A stretch of DNA of 64,000 nucleotides. Source: Auanema rhodensis. Its lineage: Eukaryota > Animalia > Nematoda. Of this stretch, positions 10,801 to 24,286 are shown in pieces. The DNA lies in the NCBI GenBank assembly GCA_964057225.1, contig OZ059900.1, positions 25,854,001 to 25,918,000 on the forward strand. Direction: 5' to 3'. Every line of letters starts with the position of its first letter. Within the stretch, counting starts at the first letter, position 1. The notes below the pieces were generated by a model, which was given only the letters and a program-made list of their open reading frames with translations, ran no database searches and was not told where the DNA came from. A program made the translations under genes and the position numbers.

Positions 10801-13334
10801 GGAACTAGATGTTGTACGAACAATTTTGAGTTAGGTTTCATTGACATTGCATGAGTTTGAACACATGAAATCGTAAGTCAAAACCTTGTTTACAGCGAAA
10901 TTTCCAAAAACTGGTTTTCCAGCATAATAAAATATTTCTCATGGGAAATACTGTGTTTTTGTATTTTTCTAGTGTTCAGCATGTAAAATGCTTCATTTTA
11001 GTATGTAACACGCTGAAATTCGTTGCATTTGACGACTCATATGAACAAAAATCGATTTAATCAATATTAGCCATAAGGGGCGTGCCCTCAGAATATGCTA
11101 ATTTCCTTAATTTTCTAACCCCTGTTTTTTTGTCGTGAAAGTGGAACTAGACGTTGTACGAACAATTTTGAGCTAGGTTTCATTGACATTGCATGAGTTT
11201 GAACACATGAAATCGTAAGTCAAAACCTTGTTTACAGCGAAATTTCCAAAAACTGGTTTTCCAGCATAATAAAATATTTCTCATGGGAAATACAGTGTTT
11301 TTGTATTTTTTTAGTGTTCAGCATGTAAAATGCGTCATTTTAGTATGTAAAACGCTGAAATTCGTTGCATTTGACGACTCATATGAACAAAAATCGATTT
11401 TATCAATATTAGCCATAAGGGGCGTGCCCTCAAAATATGCTAATTTCCTTAATTTTCTAACCCCTGTTTTTTTGTCGTGAAAGTGGAACTAGACGTTGTA
11501 CGAACAATTTTGAGCTAGGTTTCATTGACATTGCATGAGTTTGAACACATGAAATCGTAAGTCAAAACCTTGTTTACAGCGAAATTTCCAAAAACTGGTT
11601 TTCCAGCATAATAAAATATTTCTCAAGGGAAAAACTGTGTTTTTATATTTTTCTAGTGTTCAGCATGTGAAATGCTTAATTTTAGTATGTAACACGCTGA
11701 AATTTGTTGCATTTGACGACTCATATGAACAAAAATCGATTTAATCAATATTAGCCATAAGGGGCGTGCCCTCAGAATATGCTAATTTCCTTAATTTTCT
11801 AACCCCTGTTTTTTTGTCGTGAAAGTGGAACTAGACGTTGTACGAACAATTTTGAGCTAGGTTTCATTGACATTGCATGAGTTTGAACACATGAAATCGT
11901 AAGTCAAAACCTTGTTTACAGCGAAATTTCCAAAAACTGGTTTTCCAGCATAATAAAATATTTCTCATGGGAAATACTGTGTTTTTGTATTTTTCTAGTG
12001 TTCAGCATGTAAAATGCTTCATTTTAGTATGTAACACGCTGAAATTCGTTGCATTTGACGACTCATATGAACAAAAATCGATTTAATCAATATTAGCCAT
12101 AAGGGGCGTGCCCTCAGAATATGCTAATTTCCTTAATTTTCTAACCCCTGTTTTTTTGTCGTGAAAGTGGAACTAGACGTTGTACGAACAATTTTGAGCT
12201 AGGTTTCATTGACATTGCATGAGTTTGAACACATGAAATCGTAAGTCAAAACCTTGTTTACAGCGAAATTTCCAAAAACTGGTTTTCCAGCATAATAAAA
12301 TATTTCTCATGGGAAATACTGTGTTTTTGTATTTTTTTAGTGTTCAGCATGTAAAATGCGTCATTTTAGTATGTAAAACGCTGAAATTCGTTGCATTTGA
12401 CGACTCATATGAACAAAAATCGATTTTATCAATATTAGCCATAAGGGGTGTGCCCTCAGAATATGCTGATTTCCTTAATTTTCTAACCCCTGTTTTTTTG
12501 TCGTGAAAGTGGAACTAGACGTTGTACGAACAATTTTGAGCTAGGTTTCATTGACATTGCATGAGTTTGAACACATGAAATCGTAAGTCAAAACCTTGTT
12601 TACAGCGAAATTTCCAAAAACTGGTTTTCCAGCATAATAAAATATTTCTCATGGGAAATACTGTGTTTTTGTATTTTTTTAGTGTTCAGCATGTAAAATG
12701 CGTCATTTTAGTATGTGAAACGCTGAAATTCGTTGCATTTGACGACTCATATGAACAAAAATTGATTTTATCAATATTAGCCATAAGGGGTGTGCCCTCA
12801 GAATATGCTGATTTCCTTAATTTTCTAACCCCTGTTTTTTTGTCGTGAAAGTGGAACTAGACGTTGTACGAACAATTTTGAGCTAGGTTTCATTGACATT
12901 GCATGAGTTTGAACACATGAAATCGTAAGTCAAAACCTTGTTTACAGCGAAATTTCCAAAAACTGGTTTTCCAGCATAATACAATATTTCTCATGGGAAA
13001 TACTGTGTTTTTTTATTTTTCTAGTGTTCAGAATGTAGAATGCTTCATTTTAGTATGTAACACGCTGAAATTCGTTGCATTTGACGACTCATATGAACAA
13101 AAATCGATTTAATCAATATTAGCCATAAGGGGCGTGCCCTCAGAATATGCTAATTTCCTTAATTTTCTAACCCCTGTTTTTTTGTCGTGAAAGTGGAACT
13201 AGACGTTGTACGAACAATTTTGAGCTAGGTTTCATTGACATTGCATGAGTTTGAACACATGAAATCGTAAGTCAAAACCTTGTTTACAGCGAAATTTCCA
13301 AAAACTGGTTTTCCAGCATAATAAAATATTTCTC
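7863..13334. repeat. Tandem duplication of an 8-monomer block (2736-bp period)
   Basis: Rare variants recur exactly 2736 bp apart: AGATGTT+GAGTTAG (monomers 7863/10599), CTCAAAAT (8547/11283), GCTTAATT (8889/11625), GTGAAACG+AATTGAT (9915/12651), TTTTTTTAT (10257/12993). Confidence 0.93.
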
Positions 13335-13470
13335 ATGGGAAATACTGTGTTTTTGTATTTTTCTAGTGTTCAGCATGTGAAATGCTTCATTTTAGTATGT
13401 AACACGCTGAAATTCGTTGCATTTGACGACTCATATGAACAAAAATCGATTTAATCAATATTAGCCATAA

Positions 13471-13479
13471 GTGTGCCAA
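13471..13479. other. Complex indel: GGGGC replaced by GTGTGCCAA (net +4 bp; 346-bp monomer)
   Basis: GCCATAAGTGTGCCAAGTGCCCTC versus consensus GCCATAAGGGGCGTGCCCTC; downstream phase shifts by +4. Confidence 0.95.
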
Positions 13480-15868
13480 GTGCCCTCAGAATATGCTAAT
13501 TTCCTTAATTTTCTAACCCCTGTTTTTTTGTCGTGAAAGTGGAACTAGACGTTGTACGAACAATTTTGAGCTAGGTTTCATTGACATTGCATGAGTTTGA
13601 ACACATGAAATCGTAAGTCAAAACCTTGTTTACAGCGAAATTTCCAAAAACTGGTTTTCCAGCATAATAAAATATTTCTCATGGGAAATACTGTGTTTTT
13701 GTATTTTTCTAGTGTTCAGCAGGTAAAATGCTTCATTTTAGTATGTAACACGCTGAAATTCGTTGCATTTGACGACTCATATGAACAAAAATCGATTTAA
13801 TCAATATTAGCCATAAGGGGCGTGCCCTCAGAATATGCTAATTTCCTTAATTTTCTAACCCCTGTTTTTTTGTCGTGAAAGTGGAGCTAGACGTTGTACG
13901 AACAATTTTGAGCTAGGTTTCATTGACATTGCATGAGTTTGAACACATGAAATCGTAAGTCAAAACCTTGTTTACAGCGAAATTTCCAAAAACTGGTTTT
14001 CCAGCATAATAAAATATTTCTCATGGGAAATACTGTGTTTTTGTATTTTTTTAGTGTTCAGCATGTAAAATGCGTCATTTTAGTATGTAAAACGCTGAAA
14101 TTCGTTGCATTTGACGACTCATATGAACAAAAATCGATTTTATCAATATTAGCCATAAGGGGTGTGCCCTCAGAATATGCTGATTTCCTTAATTTTCTAA
14201 CCCCTGTTTTTTTGTCGTGAAAGTGGAACTAGACGTTGTACGAACAATTTTGAGCTAGGTTTCATTGACATTGCATGAGTTTGAACACATGAAATCGTAA
14301 GTCAAAACCTTGTTTACAGCGAAATTTCCAAAAACTGGTTTTCCAGCATAATACAATATTTCTCATGGGAAATACTGTGTTTTTTTATTTTTCTAGTGTT
14401 CAGAATGTAGAATGCTTCATTTTAGTATGTAACACGCTGAAATTCGTTGCATTTGACGACTCATATGAACAAAAATCGATTTAATCAATATTAGCCATAA
14501 GGGGCGTGCCCTCAGAATATGCTAATTTCCTTAATTTTCTAACCCCTGTTTTTTTGTCGTGAAAGTGGAACTAGACGTTGTACGAACAATTTTGAGCTAG
14601 GTTTCATTGACATTGCATGAGTTTGAACACATGAAATCGTAAGTCAAAACCTTGTTTACAGCGAAATTTCCAAAAACTGGTTTTCCAGCATAATAAAATA
14701 TTTCTCATGGGAAATACTGTGTTTTTGTATTTTTCTAGTGTTCAGCATGTGAAATGCTTCATTTTAGTATGTAACACGCTGAAATTCGTTGCATTTGACG
14801 ACTCATATGAACAAAAATCGATTTAATCAATATTAGCCATAAGGGGCGTGCCCTCAGAATATGCTAATTTCCTTAATTTTCTAACCCCTGTTTTTTTGTC
14901 GTGAAAGTGGAACTAGACGTTGTACGAACAATTTTGAGCTAGGTTTCATTGACATTGCATGAGTTTGAACACATGAAATCGTAAGTCAAAACCTTGTTTA
15001 CAGCGAAATTTCCAAAAACTGGTTTTCCAGCATAATAAAATATTTCTCATGGGAAAAACTGTGTTTTTGTATTTTTCTAGTGTTCAGCATGTAAAATGCT
15101 TCATTTTAGTATGTAACACGCTGAAATTTGTTGCATTTGACGACTCATATGAACAAAAATCGATTTAATCAATATTAGCCATAAGGGGCGTGCCCTCAGA
15201 ATATGCTAATTTCCTTAATTTTCTAACCCCTGTTTTTTTGTCGTGAAAGTGGAACTAGACGTTGTACGAACAATTTTGAGCTAGGTTTCATTGACATTGC
15301 ATGAGTTTGAACACATGAAATCGTAAGTCAAAACCTTGTTCACAGCGAAATTTCCAAAAACTGGTTTTCCAGCATAATAAAATATTTCTCAAGGGAAAAA
15401 CTGTGTTTTTATATTTTTCTAGTGTTCAGCATGTGAAATGCTTTATTTTAGTATGTAACACGCTGAAATTTGTTGCATTTGACGACTCATATGAACAAAA
15501 ATCGATTTAATCAATATTAGCCATAAGGGGCGTGCCCTCAGAATATGCTAATTTCCTTAATTTTCTAACCCCTGTTTTTTTGTCGTGAAAGTGGAACTAG
15601 ACGTTGTACGAACAATTTTGAGCTAGGTTTCATTGACATTGCATGAGTTTGAACACATGAAATCGTAAGTCAAAACCTTGTTTACAGCGAAATTTCCAAA
15701 AACTGGTTTTCCAGCATAATAAAATATTTCTCATGGGAAATACTGTGTTTTTGTATTTTTCTAGTGTTCAGCATGTGAAATGCTTCATTTTAGTATGTAA
15801 CACGCTGAAATTCGTTGCATTTGACGACTCATATGAACAAAAATCGATTTAATCAATATTAGCCATAA

Positions 15869-15877
15869 GTGTGCCAA
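15869..15877. other. Second identical copy of the +4 complex indel
   Basis: Same GTGTGCCAA replacement, 2398 bp (7x342+4) after the first; both host monomers also carry the GTGAAATG variant. Confidence 0.95.
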
Positions 15878-18800
15878 GTGCCCTCAGAATATGCTAATTT
15901 CCTTAATTTTCTAACCCCTGTTTTTTTGTCGTGAAAGTGGAACTAGACGTTGTACGAACAATTTTGAGCTAGGTTTCATTGACATTGCATCAGTTTGAAC
16001 ACATGAAATCGTAAGTCAAAACCTTGTTTACAGCGAAATTTCCAAAAACTGGTTTTCCAGCATAATAAAATATTTCTCATGGGAAAAACTGTGTTTTTGT
16101 ATTTTTCTAGTGTTCAGCATGTAAAATGCTTCATTTTAGTATGTAACACGCTGAAATTTGTTGCATTTGACGACTCATATGAACAAAAATCGATTTAATC
16201 AATATTAGCCATAAGGGGCGTGCCCTCAGAATATGCTAATTTCCTTAATTTTCTAACCCCTGTTTTTTTGTCGTGAAAGTGGAACTAGACGTTGTACGAA
16301 CAATTTTGAGCTAGGTTTCATTGACATTGCATGAGTTTGAACACATGAAATCGTAAGTCAAAACCTTGTTCACAGCGAAATTTCCAAAAACTGGTTTTCC
16401 AGCATAATAAAATATTTCTCAAGGGAAAAACTGTGTTTTTATATTTTTCTAGTGTTCAGCATGTGAAATGCTTTATTTTAGTATGTAACACGCTGAAATT
16501 TGTTGCATTTGACGACTCATATGAACAAAAATCGATTTAATCAATATTAGCCATAAGGGGCGTGCCCTCAGAATATGCTAATTTCCTTAATTTTCTAACC
16601 CCTGTTTTTTTGTCGTGAAAGTGGAACTAGACGTTGTACGAACAATTTTGAGCTAGGTTTCATTGACATTGCATGAGTTTGAACACATGAAATCGTAAGT
16701 CAAAACCTTGTTTACAGCGAAATTTCCAAAAACTGGTTTTCCAGCATAATAAAATATTTCTCAAGGGAAAAACTGTGTTTTTATATTTTTCTAGTGTTCA
16801 GCATGTGAAATGCTTAATTTTAGTATGTAACACGCTGAAATTTGTTGCATTTGACGACTCATATGAACAAAAATCGATTTAATCAATATTAGCCATAAGG
16901 GGCGTGCCCTCAGAATATGCTAATTTCCTTAATTTTCTAACCCCTGTTTTTTTGTCGTGAAAGTGGAACTAGACGTTGTACGAACAATTTTGAGCTAGGT
17001 TTCATTGACATTGCATGAGTTTGAACACATGAAATCGTAAGTCAAAACCTTGTTTACAGCGAAATTTCCAAAAACTGGTTTTCCAGCATAATAAAATATT
17101 TCTCATGGGAAATACTGTGTTTTTGTATTTTTCTAGTGTTCAGCATGTAAAATGCTTCATTTTAGTATGTAACACGCTGAAATTCGTTGCATTTGACGAC
17201 TCATATGAACAAAAATCGATTTAATCAATATTAGCCATAAGGGGCGTGCCCTCAGAATATGCTAATTTCCTTAATTTTCTAACCCCTGTTTTTTTGTCGT
17301 GAAAGTGGAACTAGACGTTGTACGAACAATTTTGAGCTAGGTTTCATTGACATTGCATGAGTTTGAACACATGAAATCGTAAGTCAAAACCTTGTTTACA
17401 GCGAAATTTCCAAAAACTGGTTTTCCAGCATAATAAAATATTTCTCATGGGAAATACTGTGTTTTTGTATTTTTTTAGTGTTCAGCATGTAAAATGCGTC
17501 ATTTTAGTATGTAAAACGCTGAAATTCGTTGCATTTGACGACTCATATGAACAAAAATCGATTTTATCAATATTAGCCATAAGGGGTGTGCCCTCAGAAT
17601 ATGCTGATTTCCTTAATTTTCTAACCCCTGTTTTTTTGTCGTGAAAGTGGAACTAGACGTTGTACGAACAATTTTGAGCTAGGTTTCATTGACATTGCAT
17701 GAGTTTGAACACATGAAATCGTAAGTCAAAACCTTGTTTACAGCGAAATTTCCAAAAACTGGTTTTCCAGCATAATAAAATATTTCTCATGGGAAATACT
17801 GTGTTTTTGTATTTTTTTAGTGTTCAGCATGTGAAATGCGTCATTTTAGTATGTAAAACGCTGAAATTCGTTGCATTTGACGACTCATATGAACAAAAAT
17901 TGATTTTATCAATATTAGCCATAAGGGGTGTGCCCTCAGAATATGCTGATTTCCTTAATTTTCTAACCCCTGTTTTTTTGTCGTGAAAGTGGAACTAGAC
18001 GTTGTACGAACAATTTTGAGCTAGGTTTCATTGACATTGCATGAGTTTGAACACATGAAATCGTAAGTCAAAACCTTGTTTACAGCGAAATTTCCAAAAA
18101 CTGGTTTTCCAGCATAATACAATATTTCTCATGGGAAATACTGTGTTTTTTTATTTTTCTAGTGTTCAGAATGTAGAATGCTTCATTTTAGTATGTAACA
18201 CGCTGAAATTCGTTGCATTTGACGACTCATATGAACAAAAATCGATTTAATCAATATTAGCCATAAGGGGCGTGCCCTCAGAATATGCTAATTTCCTTAA
18301 TTTTCTAACCCCTGTTTTTTTGTCGTGAAAGTGGAACTAGACGTTGTACGAACAATTTTGAGCTAGGTTTCATTGACATTGCATGAGTTTGAACACATGA
18401 AATCGTAAGTCAAAACCTTGTTTACAGCGAAATTTCCAAAAACTGGTTTTCCAGCATAATAAAATATTTCTCATGGGAAATACTGTGTTTTTGTATTTTT
18501 CTAGTGTTCAGCATGTAAAATGCTTCATTTTAGTATGTAACACGCTGAAATTCGTTGCATTTGACGACTCATATGAACAAAAATCGATTTAATCAATATT
18601 AGCCATAAGGGGCGTGCCCTCAGAATATGCTAATTTCCTTAATTTTCTAACCCCTGTTTTTTTGTCGTGAAAGTGGAACTAGACGTTGTACGAACAATTT
18701 TGAGCTAGGTTTCATTGACATTGCATCAGTTTGAACACATGAAATCGTAAGTCAAAACCTTGTTCACAGCGAAATTTCCAAAAACTGGTTTTCCAGCATA

Positions 18801-21550
18801 ATAAAATATTTCTCATGGGAAATACTGTGTTTTTGTATTTTTCTAGTGTTCAGCATGTAAAATGCTTCATTTTAGTATGTAACACGCTGAAATTCGTTGC
18901 ATTTGACGACTCATATGAACAAAAATCGATTTAATCAATATTAGCCATAAGGGGCGTGCCCTCAGAATATGCTAATTTCCTTAATTTTCTAACCCCTGTT
19001 TTTTTGTCGTGAAAGTGGAACTAGACGTTGTACGAACAATTTTGAGCTAGGTTTCATTGACATTGCATGAGTTTGAACACATGAAATCGTAAGTCAAAAC
19101 CTTGTTTACAGCGAAATTTCCAAAAACTGGTTTTCCAGCATAATAAAATATTTCTCATGGGAAATACTGTGTTTTTGTATTTTTCTAGTGTTCAGCAGGT
19201 AAAATGCTTCATTTTAGTATGTAACACGCTGAAATTCGTTGCATTTGACGACTCATATGAACAAAAATCGATTTAATCAATATTAGCCATAAGGGGCGTG
19301 CCCTCAGAATATGCTAATTTCCTTAATTTTCTAACCCCTGTTTTTTTGTCGTGAAAGTGGAGCTAGACGTTGTACGAACAATTTTGAGCTAGGTTTCATT
19401 GACATTGCATGAGTTTGAACACATGAAATCGTAAGTCAAAACCTTGTTCACAGCGAAATTTCCAAAAACTGGTTTTCCAGCATAATAAAATATTTCTCAT
19501 GGGAAATACTGTGTTTTTGTATTTTTTTAGTGTTCAGCATGTAAAATGCGTCATTTTAGTATGTAAAACGCTGAAATTCGTTGCATTTGACGACTCATAT
19601 GAACAAAAATCGATTTTATCAATATTAGCCATAAGGGGTGTGCCCTCAGAATATGCTGATTTCCTTAATTTTCTAACCCCTGTTTTTTTGTCGTGAAAGT
19701 GGAACTAGACGTTGTACGAACAATTTTGAGCTAGGTTTCATTGACATTGCATGAGTTTGAACACATGAAATCGTAAGTCAAAACCTTGTTTACAGCGAAA
19801 TTTCCAAAAACTGGTTTTCCAGCATAATAAAATATTTCTCATGGGAAATACTGTGTTTTTGTATTTTTTTAGTGTTCAGCATGTAAAATGCGTCATTTTA
19901 GTATGTAAAACGCTGAAATTCGTTGCATTTGACGACTCATATGAACAAAAATCGATTTAATCAATATTAGCCATAAGGGGCGTGCCCTCAGAATATGCTG
20001 ATTTCCTTAATTTTCTAACCCCTGTTTTTTTGTCGTGAAAGTGGAACTAGACGTTGTACGAACAATTTTGAGCTAGGTTTCATTGACATTGCATGAGTTT
20101 GAACACATGAAATCGTAAGTCAAAACCTTGTTTACAGCGAAATTTCCAAAAACTGGTTTTCCAGCATAATACAATATTTCTCATGGGAAATACTGTGTTT
20201 TTTTATTTTTCTAGTGTTCAGAATGTAGAATGCTTCATTTTAGTATGTAACACGCTGAAATTCGTTGCATTTGACGACTCATATGAACAAAAATCGATTT
20301 AATCAATATTAGCCATAAGGGGCGTGCCCTCAGAATATGCTAATTTCCTTAATTTTCTAACCCCTGTTTTTTTGTCGTGAAAGTGGAACTAGACGTTGTA
20401 CGAACAATTTTGAGCTAGGTTTCATTGACATTGCATGAGTTTGAACACATGAAATCGTAAGTCAAAACCTTGTTTACAGCGAAATTTCCAAAAACTGGTT
20501 TTCCAGCATAATAAAATATTTCTCATGGGAAATACTGTGTTTTTGTATTTTTCTAGTGTTCAGCATGTGAAATGCTTCATTTTAGTATGTAACACGCTGA
20601 AATTCGTTGCATTTGACGACTCATATGAACAAAAATCGATTTAATCAATATTAGCCATAAGGGGCGTGCCCTCAGAATATGCTAATTTCCTTAATTTTCT
20701 AACCCCTGTTTTTTTGTCGTGAAAGTGGAACTAGACGTTGTACGAACAATTTTGAGCTAGGTTTCATTGACATTGCATGAGTTTGAACACATGAAATCGT
20801 AAGTCAAAACCTTGCTTACAGCGAAATTTCCAAAAACTGGTTTTCCAGCATAATAAAATATTTCTCATGGGAAAAACTGTGTTTTTGTATTTTTCTAGTG
20901 TTCAGCATGTAAAATGCTTCATTTTAGTATGTAACACGCTGAAATTTGTTGCATTTGACGACTCATATGAACAAAAATCGATTTAATCAATATTAGCCAT
21001 AAGGGGCGTGCCCTCAGAATATGCTAATTTCCTTAATTTTCTAACCCCTGTTTTTTTGTCGTGAAAGTGGAACTAGACGTTGTACGAACAATTTTGAGCT
21101 AGGTTTCATTGACATTGCATGAGTTTGAACACATGAAATCGTAAGTCAAAACCTTGTTCACAGCGAAATTTCCAAAAACTGGTTTTCCAGCATAATAAAA
21201 TATTTCTCAAGGGAAAAACTGTGTTTTTATATTTTTCTAGTGTTCAGCATGTGAAATGCTTTATTTTAGTATGTAACACGCTGAAATTTGTTGCATTTGA
21301 CGACTCATATGAACAAAAATCGATTTAATCAATATTAGCCATAAGGGGCGTGCCCTCAGAATATGCTAATTTCCTTAATTTTCTAACCCCTGTTTTTTTG
21401 TCGTGAAAGTGGAACTAGACGTTGTACGAACAATTTTGAGCTAGGTTTCATTGACATTGCATGAGTTTGAACACATGAAATCGTAAGTCAAAACCTTGTT
21501 TACAGCGAAATTTCCAAAAACTGGTTTTCCAGCATAATACAATATTTCTC

Positions 21551-24286
21551 ATGGGAAATACTGTGTTTTTGTATTTTTCTAGTGTTCAGAATGTAGAATG
21601 CTTCATTTTGATATGTAAAACGCTGAAATTCGTTGCATTTGACGACTCATATGAACAAAAATCGATTTTATCAATATTAGCCATAAGGGGCGTGCCCTCA
21701 GAATATGCTAATTTCCTTAATTTTCTAAACCCTGTTTTTTTGTCGTGAAAGTGGAACTAGACGTTGTTCGAACAATTTTGAGCTAGGTTTCATTGACATT
21801 GCATGAGTTTGAACACATGAAATCGTAAGTCAAAACCTTGTTTACAGCGAAATTTCCAAAAACTGGTTTTCCAGCATAATAAAATATTTCTCATGGGAAA
21901 TACTGTGTTTTTGTATTTTTCTAGTGTTCAGCATGTAAAATGCTTCATTTTAGTATGTAACACGCTGAAATTCGTTGCATTTGACGACTCATATGAACAA
22001 AAATCGATTTAATCAATATTAGCCATAAGGGGCGTGCCCTCAGAATATGCTAATTTCCTTAATTTTCTAACCCCTGTTTTTTTGTCGTGAAAGTGGAACT
22101 AGACGTTGTACGAACAATTTTGAGCTAGGTTTCATTGACATTGCATGAGTTTGAACACATGAAATCGTAAGTCAAAACCTTGTTTACAGCGAAATTTCCA
22201 AAAACTGGTTTTCCAGCATAATAAAATATTTCTCATGGGAAATACTGTGCTTTTGTATTTTTCTAGTGTTCAGCATGTGAAATGCTTCATTTTAGTATGT
22301 AACACGCTGAAATTCGTTGCATTTGACGACTCATATGAACAAAAATCGATTTAATCAATATTAGCCATAAGGGGCGTGCCCTCAGAATATGCTAATTTCC
22401 TTAATTTTCTAACCCCTGTTTTTTTGTCGTGAAAGTGGAACTAGACGTTGTACGAACAATTTTGAGCTAGGTTTCATTGACATTGCATCAGTTTGAACAC
22501 ATGAAATCGTAAGTCAAAACCTTGTTTACAGCGAAATTTCCAAAAACTGGTTTTCCAGCATAATAAAATATTTCTCATGGGAAATACTGTGTTTTTGTAT
22601 TTTTCTAGTGTTCAGCATGTAAAATGCTTCATTTTAGTATGTAACACGCTGAAATTCGTTGCATTTGACGACTCATATGAACAAAAATCGATTTAATCAA
22701 TATTAGCCATAAGGGGCGTGCCCTCAGAATATGCTAATTTCCTTAATTTTCTAACCCCTGTTTTTTTGTCGTGAAAGTGGAACTAGACGTTGTACGAACA
22801 ATTTTGAGCTAGGTTTCATTGACATTGCATGAGTTTGAACACATGAAATCGTAAGTCAAAACCTTGTTTACAGCGAAATTTCCAAAAACTGGTTTTCCAG
22901 CATAATACAATATTTCTCATGGGAAATACTGTGTTTTTGTATTTTTCTAGTGTTCAGAATGTAGAATGCTTCATTTTGATATGTAAAACGCTGAAATTCG
23001 TTGCATTTGACGACTCATATGAACAAAAATCGATTTTATCAATATTAGCCATAAGGGGCGTGCCCTCAGAATATGCTAATTTCCTTAATTTTCTAAACCC
23101 TGTTTTTTTGTCGTGAAAGTGGAACTAGACGTTGTTCGAACAATTTTGAGCTAGGTTTCATTGACATTGCATGAGTTTGAACACATGAAATCGTAAGTCA
23201 AAACCTTGTTTACAGCGAAATTTCCAAAAACTGGTTTTCCAGCATAATAAAATATTTCTCATGGGAAATACTGTGTTTTTGTATTTTTCTAGTGTTCAGC
23301 ATGTAAAATGCTTCATTTTAGTATGTAACACGCTGAAATTCGTTGCATTTGACGACTCATATGAACAAAAATCGATTTAATCAATATTAGCCATAAGGGG
23401 CGTGCCCTCAGAATATGCTAATTTCCTTAATTTTCTAACCCCTGTTTTTTTGTCGTGAAAGTGGAACTAGACGTTGTACGAACAATTTTGAGCTAGGTTT
23501 CATTGACATTGCATGAGTTTGAACACATGAAATCGTAAGTCAAAACCTTGTTTACAGCGAAATTTCCAAAAACTGGTTTTCCAGCATAATAAAATATTTC
23601 TCATGGGAAATACTGTGCTTTTGTATTTTTCTAGTGTTCAGCATGTGAAATGCTTCATTTTAGTATGTAACACGCTGAAATTCGTTGCATTTGACGACTC
23701 ATATGAACAAAAATCGATTAAATCAATATTAGCCATAAGGGGCGTGCCCTCAGAATATGCTAATTTCCTTAATTTTCTAACCCCTGTTTTTTTGTCGTGA
23801 AAGTGGAACTAGACGTTGTACGAACAATTTTGAGCTAGGTTTCATTGACATTGCATCAGTTTGAACACATGAAATCGTAAGTCAAAACCTTGTTTACAGC
23901 GAAATTTCCAAAAACTGGTTTTCCAGCATAATAAAATATTTCTCATGGGAAATACTGTGTTTTTGTATTTTTCTAGTGTTCAGCATGTAAAATGCTTCAT
24001 TTTAGTATGTAACACGCTGAAATTCGTTGCATTTGACGACTCATATGAACAAAAATCGATTTAATCAATATTAGCCATAAGGGGCGTGCCCTCAGAATAT
24101 GCTAATTTCCTTAATTTTCTAACCCCTGTTTTTTTGTCGTGAAAGTGGAACTAGACGTTGTACGAACAATTTTGAGCTAGGTTTCATTGACATTGCATGA
24201 GTTTGAACACATGAAATCGTAAGTCAAAACCTTGTTTACAGCGAAATTTCCAAAAACTGGTTTTCCAGCATAATAAAATATTTCTC
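21551..24286. repeat. Tandem duplication of a 4-monomer block (1368-bp period)
   Basis: The rare TTGTTCGAAC variant is in monomers 21551 and 22919. The rare CTGTGCTTTT variant is in monomers 22235 and 23603. Confidence 0.9.
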
